A stretch of DNA of 64,000 nt from Gammaproteobacteria bacterium (GTDB lineage Bacteria; Pseudomonadota; Gammaproteobacteria; GCA-001735895): contig JBNKUM010000076.1 of assembly GCA_050298595.1 (NCBI GenBank), positions 1 to 64,000 of the forward strand, read 5' to 3'. A model generated the notes under the pieces. That model did not search any database and was not told the origin of the DNA. It saw only the letters and a list, made by a program, of their open reading frames with translations. Shown piece by piece: positions 1 to 9,400 of this stretch. Both the position numbers and the translations under genes were made by a program. Each line of letters begins with the position of its first letter. Position 1 is the stretch's first letter.

Positions 1-148
1 TGGTGCACGATATTTATAGCACCCACCGAATGAGAATGCGGGCGCAGGATGTCAATTACCTCGGCTACTACTATGGCCCGTATATTATCGGGAGGATATT
101 TTTGTGCCTCCGCTTGACAAACTGCCTAATGGGTGACCCTAATTATTC

Positions 149-269
149 ATACTGATAGTTCTCCAGCTCAAGAAAACAGGCCTCTTGGTTGTTTCCACGC
201 TGCACTAAATGATACGGATAACCCGGTAAATAATGTGGTTAAAATTTAATCCCTCCGTCCCCTTTTACT
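149..269 (-). pseudogene. Fragment of a second RAYT/Y1 transposase copy (PGYPYHLVQRGNNQEACFLELENYQY) fused to the element end repeat
   Basis: 149-228 is highly similar to ~1573-1652; 232-269 is identical to 1722-1759. Confidence 0.8.
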
Positions 270-296
270 ACTTATCCCCTTTTACTACTTGACCCC
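232..296. repeat. RAYT element end repeat (38 bp) followed by a 17-bp-period stutter
   Basis: AATGTGGTTAAAATTTAATCCCTCCGTCCCCTTTTACT at 232-269; TCCCCTTTTACTACTT at 258-273 and 275-290; GACCCC at 291-296. Confidence 0.9.
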
Positions 297-886
297 TAGT
301 TTTTCTTTCGAAATGTCGAAACAATATCACGTAGCATTTTTTTCCTGACAGCTACAGCAGCACTTTCACCCAAAAGCTTCTCATCTAATGACAACATGAA
401 AACCATATTGTAGTTATCGCTATATGGAATAATGTACTTTGACACTATATTGCCCACTCCATCGACAGATTCGACATAAAGCACTCTAGTACCAGCAATT
501 TCTCGTATTTCTGAATGTTTACCACTTTCTCTTTGAAAGTCAGATGCCCTTTCAAGATCACAGCATCCATTTTTTGTTAGCCAAAACACAAAGTGAGTTA
601 GGTCATACAGGTGTGTTGGCGACTGAACATGATCAAACCCTATAGTCAACAATGCAATATCACGCTCAGTTTCCTGTGTAGAATCTAAACTAGTAACACT
701 GTAGTTACCCTCTGTTCCTCCTTTGGGCACAGAAATAGCATATTTAATACCATCTAATTCGAACACATATTCTTTCAATTTTTCCAAATTGGGTTGATTT
801 ACAGATTCAGCAATACAGCCATTTATAAATAGAGACGCCAAAATGAATATTTTTAATTTCCACATAAAACTTATCTTCATAATCAA
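296..886 (-). CDS. Hypothetical lipoprotein (AT-rich, cassette-like)
   Basis: ORF track; hydrophobic N-terminus with lipobox-like INGC; true start probably one of the downstream ATGs. Confidence 0.7.
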   Translation of the reverse strand: MIMKISFMWKLKIFILASLFINGCIAESVNQPNLEKLKEYVFELDGIKYAISVPKGGTEGNYSVTSLDSTQETERDIALLTIGFDHVQSPTHLYDLTHFVFWLTKNGCCDLERASDFQRESGKHSEIREIAGTRVLYVESVDGVGNIVSKYIIPYSDNYNMVFMLSLDEKLLGESAAVAVRKKMLRDIVSTFRKKN

Positions 887-929
887 TCAAGGGTAGGTTG
901 AATGAGGACTTTTGTCTGTAAATAGTAAT

Positions 930-986
930 GGGAACAATTAAAGGGGACCGCAATTAAAGGGGACGGAGGGATTAAATTTTGACCAC
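930..986. repeat. Inverted copy of the RAYT end repeat with stuttered CAATTAAAGGGGAC units
   Basis: CAATTAAAGGGGAC at 935-948 and 951-964; 956-986 matches the reverse complement of 1725-1755 at 30/31 positions. Confidence 0.9.
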
Positions 987-1759
987 TCCATTTCCACGTT
1001 TTCTCGGTCTACCTCTTTCTGCATTTCCCAAATTGATGCCATACTAATTCTCAATTTTCAATTTAAACCTGTCATCCCCTACCGGATGACTGTAATGCGT
1101 TGCTTTCCTGATCATTTGTAAATCTTTGATATCTAGATGTTGCCTTACCATCTCTCGATACCGCTCGCACCTCATCTCTAAATCTTCACCTAACTTCAGG
1201 TACTCTTCGTGAGCATCTATCCAGCTTTCATCTCCCCAGGCATTTGAGCCATGACTCGACCATTGGTACTCCTCTGGTGACGCCACCATACCAGCCCTGA
1301 CCGGGTTAAGCTCTATGTACTGGTAGCAGGTCAGTAGATATTTTTCCGTCTGTACCAGACTCGAGCGATGACGCCCCTCCCAAAGCGTACCTGTACGCTT
1401 ATACTTTTTATTCATGTGCTGCGCATACCTACTACCAACAACTTTAGAGGTATTAGATATCGAATCCTTCTTACTAGCTGTTACCAGCCAGTGCACATGA
1501 TTCGTCGTCAGACAGTAAGCATGAACTTTTACACCATATCGTTTACTACACTCCTGCCATAACTCCAGATAATACTGATAGTTCTCGGGCTCCAGAAAAC
1601 AGGCCTCTCGGTTGTTTCAACGCTGGACTAAATGATACGAATAACCCGGTATATATTGCCTCGTTTTCCTTGGCATAACTTTCTCCATTACTAATTAAAT
1701 TTTTAAACCTTTAACGTCAACAATGTGGTTAAAATTTAATCCCTCCGTCCCCTTTTACT
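956..1759 (-). mobile_element. RAYT-type (HUH Y1) element bounded by 31-bp inverted repeats
   Basis: Inverted ends at 956-986 and 1725-1755 enclose the Y1 transposase pseudogene. Confidence 0.75.
1044..1676 (-). pseudogene. REP-associated tyrosine transposase (RAYT, IS200/IS605-like TnpA), inactivated
   Basis: ATG 1676 MPRKTRQYIPGYSYHLVQR*NNREACF, with in-frame TGA at 1617-1619 in place of Gly of QRGNN; HUH motif NHVH; catalytic YIELNPVRAG; GRPRK tail lies out of frame beyond the TAG at 1044. Confidence 0.85.
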
Positions 1760-2000
1760 TCAAGCTCATCGAATAGCAGGTCATCAGTGAGCAGGTTAAA
1801 AGCGGTCAAGCAATCAGTTTCAGTTCGCTGTGACCGTATAAAACGTTGTTGGGCTTGACGAATATTGGCGTTATGATATCGCATGTGACTGGTCCCTGAT
1901 GTTGGTGGAAGGTTTGGCGATTTGAAGCCTAATATTACACCAGTCACTTTTTCAATTTACTTTAATTATTTCAATGGCTTGGGATTAAGTAAGTGCCATT
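1760..2000 (-). mobile_element. Truncated IS4-family-like remnant (left end plus transposase N-terminus from ATG 1884)
   Basis: End sequence AATGGCACTTACTTAA (reverse of 1985-2000); peptide MRYHNANIRQ...AFNLLTDDLLFDELE resembles IS4-family N-termini; cut off at the RAYT end repeat. Confidence 0.55.
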
Positions 2001-2328
2001 CGTATCCGACCCTAATTATTCTCTAAGCTCCAACTTTAATAAAATGATAATGGAATAACCTGCAGGTAGGTATGATTCCATTCATAAAACATTCTTTAAC
2101 TTATTAATATACTACTTAAATTAACAACTTTTTTGCCGCTCTACAACTAGACAAATAGCGTAGAAAAGAAAGCTATATAATCTATTTAGCTTACAACGCC
2201 CATAATCATCTCTACCATACCCGAAGGAAATAATTCTGGAAAATAATTCCAAACACCTACCCATTAGATTAAGTTGATTAATAAATAATTTATTACTTCT
2301 GAATAGTCACTGTGCACAGAGTTCCTAC

Positions 2329-2346
2329 CCATGCCCGAAGGCATGG
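2329..2346 (-). terminator. GC hairpin with C(UUCG)G loop downstream of the hydrolase gene
   Basis: Minus strand CCATGCC-TTCG-GGCATGG; no clear U tract. Confidence 0.5.
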
Positions 2347-2372
2347 CAGGATGTGTTATATCTTTTTGAAGA

Positions 2373-3641
2373 TTAGTCGTGATGACGTGGAATACGCTGT
2401 GGAATACGTGGTCGAATCCTGGAATCATAATCATTAACCACAAAAGAAGGGTCTATGTTACACGGGCCAGGCGCTAATCCAGAAGCTTCCATGAGCTGAC
2501 ATTTTTTTTGAAAAGACTGTGCTGTTGGTTTTACCCCTGCTTCAACCCAACCTCTGACCGACTCCCAACCTGATATAACCTCTGCAACACTAAAACCACA
2601 ATGACCGGGTTCATCCTTGACTGATACCGCAGTTACCAGATCATTCTCAGGCATAAGTTTTTCAATAAAACTCAGGTTCTCTACCGGGACTAAATCATCC
2701 TTATCTGAGCTTAACGCCAACAGTTTGGAACCCTTAGTATTTCCTTTGGGTATGTAGCTTTTTCTTAATTTATGTACTCCCTTTGGATGAGGAAAAACAC
2801 GTTTGATTTCAGCATTGATCTGATCATCTTCATAATCGACGAAATAATTCCATAGGCCATTTTTACTATCTAGTTTTTCAGGATTGTTTACTAAATCAGC
2901 TATACCGTATATAGCATATGCCATATTATCCAGCAGTGAAGCTTCATTAATGCGATTTACCTGAGTGATTTTATCGAGTCTGGCTTGCATTTCAGGTGTT
3001 CGATATTCGGCTGGGTACAAAATCCCAGTACATGTATGTATAGCTCCCATAAGATCAGCTTCTGATAATGTAGAATCAGCTGGTAACCCATCCTCCCCTC
3101 CCGGAATAGCGGCTCCAGGAACATTTTTACAAACCGCATCGTATGTCAACCGCAGATCTAGTATCGCATCCAGATTTTTACTACCTGATAAAACTCCACA
3201 GACAGAGTAAGCAGCAGCTACATACCCGACATGTCCTTTCTCAAGATATTGCTCTGAAATAATTCCACCCATAGACCCACCAACCATGTAGATATTATTG
3301 GGCGAACCATTATTTTCTATGAAAGTCTGGATCAGGTTTTCATTATCTTCTATGGACTTAAATAAAGCCCAGCCTCGTGTACGATAACTAGAAGCTGCTA
3401 CAGCGTATCCCTGGCTTAATTGCAGGGGTGCTAACATTCCTAGATCTGTAACATCCAATGGTGCAGGTTCATCATCTTCCATTCCATGATTCCAGACAAC
3501 AAGATCGCCATTCCAGTTATCTGGAATTTCTATTCGATAGAATGCACCGTCTATTTGACCATCCAGAGTGGTAGCACTGAAGACCGTAGCAGAGAAAAAT
3601 ATCAAATTAATGATACTAATGAGAAATATAGAAATTTTCAT
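2373..3641 (-). CDS. Secreted alpha/beta hydrolase
   Basis: Signal peptide MKISIFLISIINLIFFSATVFSA; WNHG oxyanion segment; GGSMGG nucleophile elbow; C-terminal DDLVP and GHC. Confidence 0.8.
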   Translation of the reverse strand: MKISIFLISIINLIFFSATVFSATTLDGQIDGAFYRIEIPDNWNGDLVVWNHGMEDDEPAPLDVTDLGMLAPLQLSQGYAVAASSYRTRGWALFKSIEDNENLIQTFIENNGSPNNIYMVGGSMGGIISEQYLEKGHVGYVAAAYSVCGVLSGSKNLDAILDLRLTYDAVCKNVPGAAIPGGEDGLPADSTLSEADLMGAIHTCTGILYPAEYRTPEMQARLDKITQVNRINEASLLDNMAYAIYGIADLVNNPEKLDSKNGLWNYFVDYEDDQINAEIKRVFPHPKGVHKLRKSYIPKGNTKGSKLLALSSDKDDLVPVENLSFIEKLMPENDLVTAVSVKDEPGHCGFSVAEVISGWESVRGWVEAGVKPTAQSFQKKCQLMEASGLAPGPCNIDPSFVVNDYDSRIRPRIPQRIPRHHD

Positions 3642-4573
3642 AAATAATTTATATCCATTTAAAGTTTTTAAATATGGCGTTATAGAAATCAGAGCCTCCA
3701 TATCAGCACCAAACTTGATTTGAGTAATACTCAGTTCTCATTTTATTGAATCTTTTTTTGAATGAAACATAATATTGAGAAATATTTTCTGAATAAGTGG
3801 AAAATAATTGGGGTCAGGTCATTCATAGTGAATATCTGGATTCAGCCTGGTAAGGTTTTCCTTTCAATTGACAATCCTGTATGACCGCTACCTCAAAGGA
3901 TGCAGATTTCTGGGTAAATCCAGAATTAGCGATTTTCAATCTTGTTTTGATAGTAGCTCTACGTTTACAGTTTGCTATGGTTCCACAAGGGCAAAACCGT
4001 AATTATCTGTTCAAATTTCCCCGCTATTTCTAAATGTCCTCGGGTATTACTCATTTACGCTGACTGAAAATGTTATGAACGGCGAGCTACGATTACTTAA
4101 TCAGCCCACTGATAATGAGTTCAACGCATAGCATACGTTTTCGTTCCACTGGACTTCAAAACCCGTTAGAGCTCGAGGAAGAGTAATTGTCTAATATCTC
4201 CATACTTTAGCAGCTGCCTGCTTGTTACACATCTTTACATCTTTATACATTTATCTAACAGATAAATTCACTCCATTGCATACAATTGTCTCTTATATAA
4301 CCGGGTTAGTTAATTATTGGTTTTTATATTGTAGTAGCTTGCCTACAATGAATAACTAACTCATTCATGGGCACACAACGAAAAAATAGTGAAAAAATGG
4401 ATACTCAAAATATTATAAAGCAGTCAAGAGTTTCAATGAAACGGACACTTAATGGACTCGGTAAAACGCTACCGCTTATGCTGTTACCTGACTGTACATC
4501 GCTTTCCGCGCAGCAGCTTACAACGCAATCAGAGATTACTTCGAATATCACTAATAAAGAAAAGGAGTGGAAA

Positions 4574-5833
4574 ATGGGGAGTCACGCTTACGGGTGCACG
4601 GCGCTACAGGTTTTTTTCGTTTGGGTGGTAACGTTGGTTTTATCGAGCTGCGGTGGTGGATCGGAGTCTGCACAGCCTCCGACAAGTGTGTTGATAGGTA
4701 GTATGACTACCGCCCAGATTACCTCGTTCGTCCCCGACAATAGCGCCATGTCGCCGACCTACGACGTCAAAGCCTACAAAGTCTCCTACAATACAACAAC
4801 ACCGACAGGAGGGACGACTACCGCCTCCGGTTTGTTGCTGATTCCACAAAAGGCGGAAGGCGCCGTTAGTCCACTGTTCAGTTTGCAGCATGGTACGATC
4901 GCGAGCCAATTAGAGGCGCCCTCCAATGCCAGTCTGAAAACTATCGTTTCGTATGATGTTGCGGCTGGATTAGCCTCCGCTTCATTCGGCTTCGTGGTGG
5001 CGATGCCGGACTACCTCGGCTACGGTGACAGCCAGTCGATATTTCACCCCTATATACAGGCAGATTCCCTGGCAACGGCCAGCATCGACATGCTTCGGGC
5101 TTCGCAGAGTGTTATGCGTGTACTCGGGGTCGCCACTAACGGCCAGTTGTTCCTGGCCGGATACTCTGAAGGGGGATATGCAACGCTGGCGGCGCAGAAG
5201 GAGATCGAGACTAACCTGGCGTCGGAATTTACCATCACCGCTTCGGAACCCGGTGCTGGTCCATACAATCTCAGTGGTACCACCGATGCAGTGATGGCGA
5301 CCAGTGATCTTGCAGGTATCACCGATCCGACCTATCTCGCCTTCGTGATCGACGCATACCAGACTTACTATGACCCATCAGGTTCCCTGGATACTTACTT
5401 TACCTCTTCGACATTGGACTGTGTCAACAGCTATTTCAGCAACGGCTGGTATGGCTCCAACAACTTCGGATATTTCGACAGCTGTATTGATAGCACCACA
5501 ACGGCCAGTATCCTCAATAGCTCGTTCATTGCCGACTACAACAGCAATAACGCCAACGTCGACATAATCAAACAGGCCCTGGCTTCCAACAACATCTACG
5601 ACTGGAAACCACAGGTACCGACCCGCCTCTATTACAGCCCTTATGATGAAGCGGTACCGCAGGCCAATACCACCACGGCCTTTGATACAATGAACGCCAA
5701 CGGTTCGACTACGGTGGAGACAGCTACCTGCGATATAACAACAGCTTTCTCTGTTCATAATGCGTGCATCGGCCCTTATTTCATCGATGTGGCGAGCTAC
5801 TTCGCAAATTACGTGACCGTGACTGATCTTTAA
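4574..5833 (+). CDS. Secretory lipase-family alpha/beta hydrolase, lipoprotein
   Basis: SD AAGGAG before ATG 4574 (ORF track opens at 4367); lipobox LSSC; QHGT, PDYLG, GYSEGG, DEAVP motifs. Confidence 0.85.
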   Translation: MGSHAYGCTALQVFFVWVVTLVLSSCGGGSESAQPPTSVLIGSMTTAQITSFVPDNSAMSPTYDVKAYKVSYNTTTPTGGTTTASGLLLIPQKAEGAVSPLFSLQHGTIASQLEAPSNASLKTIVSYDVAAGLASASFGFVVAMPDYLGYGDSQSIFHPYIQADSLATASIDMLRASQSVMRVLGVATNGQLFLAGYSEGGYATLAAQKEIETNLASEFTITASEPGAGPYNLSGTTDAVMATSDLAGITDPTYLAFVIDAYQTYYDPSGSLDTYFTSSTLDCVNSYFSNGWYGSNNFGYFDSCIDSTTTASILNSSFIADYNSNNANVDIIKQALASNNIYDWKPQVPTRLYYSPYDEAVPQANTTTAFDTMNANGSTTVETATCDITTAFSVHNACIGPYFIDVASYFANYVTVTDL

Positions 5834-5881
5834 TCTGCGCCTACGCAGATATGATGCCGGAATCCGGTTCTGGATTTCGGC
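5833..5881 (+). terminator. Two tandem hairpins after the lipase gene
   Basis: ATCTGCG/CGCAGAT at 5833-5850 and GCCGGAATCC/GGATTTCGGC at 5856-5881; no U tract. Confidence 0.4.
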
Positions 5882-5985
5882 GAATATCTACTGAACTGTT
5901 CCTTAATTTTCACGACTGGACGACTGGCATTCACATTGATGGCGCTAGCAAATAATTTAATAAACCATCATCAAATTAAGAAATC

Positions 5986-6276
5986 ATGAACCGAAGCAAT
6001 GATCAAAATAATAAAAGGCTACAATCAATATTTATCTGTGTCTTCACTATTCCATTAATGATTATCGGATGCTCTAGCGTTCGCCTACAATCCGCAGATC
6101 AATTTAAAACCAATTTGTATAAAAGTGTACAGAAATCAGCTAGAGAGCAGTGTTATAAATTGAATAACTCATTCGAACAAGAAGAATGCATTCAAAGCAT
6201 ACAAGAGTCTTACGATGAATATAATGAAAAGAGAGAAAGCCTATCAAATGAATTATCCCAAAAAAACATAAAATAA
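5986..6276 (+). CDS. Small hypothetical lipoprotein
   Basis: Hydrophobic stretch ending IIGC; paired Cys; SYDEYNEKR C-terminus. Confidence 0.65.
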   Translation: MNRSNDQNNKRLQSIFICVFTIPLMIIGCSSVRLQSADQFKTNLYKSVQKSAREQCYKLNNSFEQEECIQSIQESYDEYNEKRESLSNELSQKNIK

Positions 6277-6428
6277 TTCTTATCCAAACTCAGGTAAATA
6301 GCCTTGTTAAAAATACACTAACAATTAAATCATGTCACCTCCCCCCTGACAAGATGCGGTATTTCTGGCAATTCAAGAAATAGAGATTTCAAACCTGGTT
6401 TTAAATCTAAAGAACCTCTGATTTTTAC

Positions 6429-9400
6429 TTAGCTTATTTCTGCAATCAGCTTACGAATTTTATTTTCAGATACGGGCACATTTGTTTTCATTGGCTGGGC
6501 AAAGCAACTGATTCGATATTCTTCGATCATCCAGCGTAATTTTTCCAGCAAGTCATTGTCAATATTTTCCTGTAGTGATAAGCCGGCATACTGACCCCAT
6601 AACTCAGTGATCAAAGGTAATGATCGGTCTGCCAGAGTTGAATCCTGCAGGGTCTTTTCGATACGCTTCATAATGGCCTGAAAGTACACGGGGTAACGTT
6701 TTAGATTGGCAACAGGCACCTCACGCACAAACCCTGCATACACCAGATATTCAAATTGCTGCTGTATGTCAGCGACATGCGCTGCTGTCAGTTTTGAGGA
6801 TTGTAATAGATCGCGTGACTGTCGATACATAGATAATATCTTATACACCAGTTCGGCTTTTTCATTTAAGGTCAGCATAAACTGAGGTTTGTTTTTTTCC
6901 AGCACCTGTTCAAACTGAAGTTTGTTTTTTGGCAGCTCCTTATTTAGAAAGCATTCAAATACTGCAGCCATCACGATATCGTCGACCAAATCCTGTTTCG
7001 ATGCAAAGGATAGATACATCAGGGCCGATTGATCAATTTTAGGCAGCTTTTTATCTGCATATTTAACGCTATCCTTTAGCGCCAGAATAATCAGCCTCGC
7101 AATCCCTGTTGCATGATAAAAAGCGGCATCCTGGCGTGTTTCGAATAATTCTATCGCTACCGAGTCCTGATAATCCACTAATGCCGGAAACGCCGTAATA
7201 TTGGCTGACTTTTTACGAATGTTTACCTGGTCAGGTAATTCATCAAAATCCCAGGCCAGGATATCACTGCGACTTACTGATTCATCATGTGCTACCTGTT
7301 GTTCAAACTTCTGATTCGCCTGCTCGCTATACTCGGCCTTAATTTCTGATAAAGAACGCCCACTGGCGACTACGACACCATTATATTCTATGCAGTAACG
7401 CATCAGAAAGTGCTTATCTATAGCCTCGGGTCGCCATTGATCAAGCGCTACCCTGACACCGGTCATGCGCTGTAATTGATCCGATAGCTGATGGTAAAAC
7501 GGCTTCTTATTATCTAGAACTGCAATACAGGCAGCAGCAAACTCAGGCACCGGAATAAAGTTTTTACGTGTCTGTTTAGGTAATGCCTTGATCAGTGCCT
7601 GCACTTTTTCCTGAAGTAGCCCCGGCACCAGAAAATCAAAATCTTCATCACAAAACTGATTTAATAGTGCCATAGCTATTGTCACCGAAACACCGTCTGC
7701 GTCATCTGAGGGGTCGAACACGTAGCTTAGTTTTAACTTTTGATCCTTGAGCTTGAGAAATTCGGGATAGGTCTGGAGATCCTTATCATGTTCGGTTGCC
7801 AGAACATCCTGCTCGAATAGCGTCAGCTCCTTAATCACTGAGGCATCGCATTTTTTCACCCAGGCTTCAAAGCTCACCGCATCTACTATGGTTTCAGGTA
7901 GACGCTGATGATAGAAGTCATAGATTTGCTGCTCACCTATCAATAGATCGCGTCGTCGTTCGCGCTCTTCCTGTGCTCGATAGTGCTCAATCAGCTTACG
8001 GTTGGCCTGTATAAAATTAACGGTGGTGTGATAATTGCCTTCAACAAGCGCTTCGCGGATAAATATCTCACGCGACTCTTTTGGATTTACACTGCCGTAG
8101 TTAACGCGTTTTCCGCCCTCTATCAACAGACCATAGATACGTGTATTGCGAAATGCACCTACCCTGCCCTGTTTTTGCTGCCAGTGTGGTTCGTAGTATT
8201 CGTATTGATGCAAATGCTGCAAATCACTGATCGCCCACTGTGGATTTAGCGCCGACACCACATGCGCGTACAGACGACTGGTATCGATCAATGAAAAGGC
8301 CATGATCCATTTGGGTGTCTTCTTCGATAGCACCGATGAGGGGAAGATGGCGGCTTCTCGTCCACGCGTAGTCTGGTAGCGACCTTCCTGATCCAGGCTC
8401 GCTATATGGCTGGGGATACCGGTCAGAATCGCTCGATGTATGCCATCGTAATCAGCTTCGCCTGTATTAATGCTGAGCTTTAATTCTTTGGCCTGCTCCT
8501 TTATCTGTTTGTGAATATCCTGCCACTCCCTGACCCGCAGCCAGGACAGGTAATTCTGTTTACACCATTTGGCAAACTGGTTTCGTGTCAGCTCCTTTTT
8601 CTGCAGCTTGATTTCACGCCATAGATTTATCCAGCCACTAAAATCTGATTTGTCATCCTGCCAGAGTTTGAATTTCTGATTGGCGGCCTGACGGTTTTCC
8701 TGCGACAGATCGCGCGGATCCTGAATCGATAGCACCGAGACGATGATCAGAATTTCATTCAGACAACCCAACTGGCTGGCACGCAACAGCATAGCTGCCA
8801 ATCGTGGATCTACCGGAAAACAGGCAATCTGTTTGCCACGTGCAGTCACATGATCATCGCCGGTCACGGCCTGTAATTCATGCAGCAATCTATAGCCATC
8901 GCTAATCAGACGTGAGTCTGGCTTTTCAATAAAATCAAAGTCGCGTATATGGCCCACACGCAGATTATCCATCTGTAAAATTACCGAGGCCAGATTGGTG
9001 CGCAGGATTTCCGGTTCGGTAAACTCTTCGCGTCCGTTAAAGTCTTCTTCGTCGTAGAGTCGGATACAGATACCCGCCGCGACTCGACCACAACGACCTG
9101 CGCGCTGGTTGGCCGAAGCCTGCGATATTTTCTCAATCGGTAAGCGCTGGATCTTGGCGCGCCATGAATAACGCGAGATACGTGCCAGACCGGTATCAAC
9201 CACGTAGCGAATGCCCGGTACTGTCAGCGAGGTTTCTGCCACATTAGTAGACAGAATAATTTTTCGTTTGCCGCCGCTTTTAAAGATGCGCTGTTGCTGT
9301 TCATTGGTCAGCCTTGCATATAACGGCAACACATCATACTGGTGGTAACGCTTGCTGATTTTTTCAGCGGCTTCACGAATCTGTCTTTCACCGGCAAAAA

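Noticed and set aside
1617-1619. Recoded TGA (Sec, Trp or Gly) in the RAYT gene
   Set aside because: The paralogous fragment has GGA, the gene has further 3' lesions, and TGA is a normal stop in many genes here.
232-1759. CRISPR array
   Set aside because: Only three repeat copies, one inverted, separated by whole genes; no regular spacers and no cas genes.
4040-4175. Integron attC site
   Set aside because: GTTATGA and GTTAGAG resemble core sites, but no matching RYYYAAC inverse core with a paired stem could be built, and there is no integrase.
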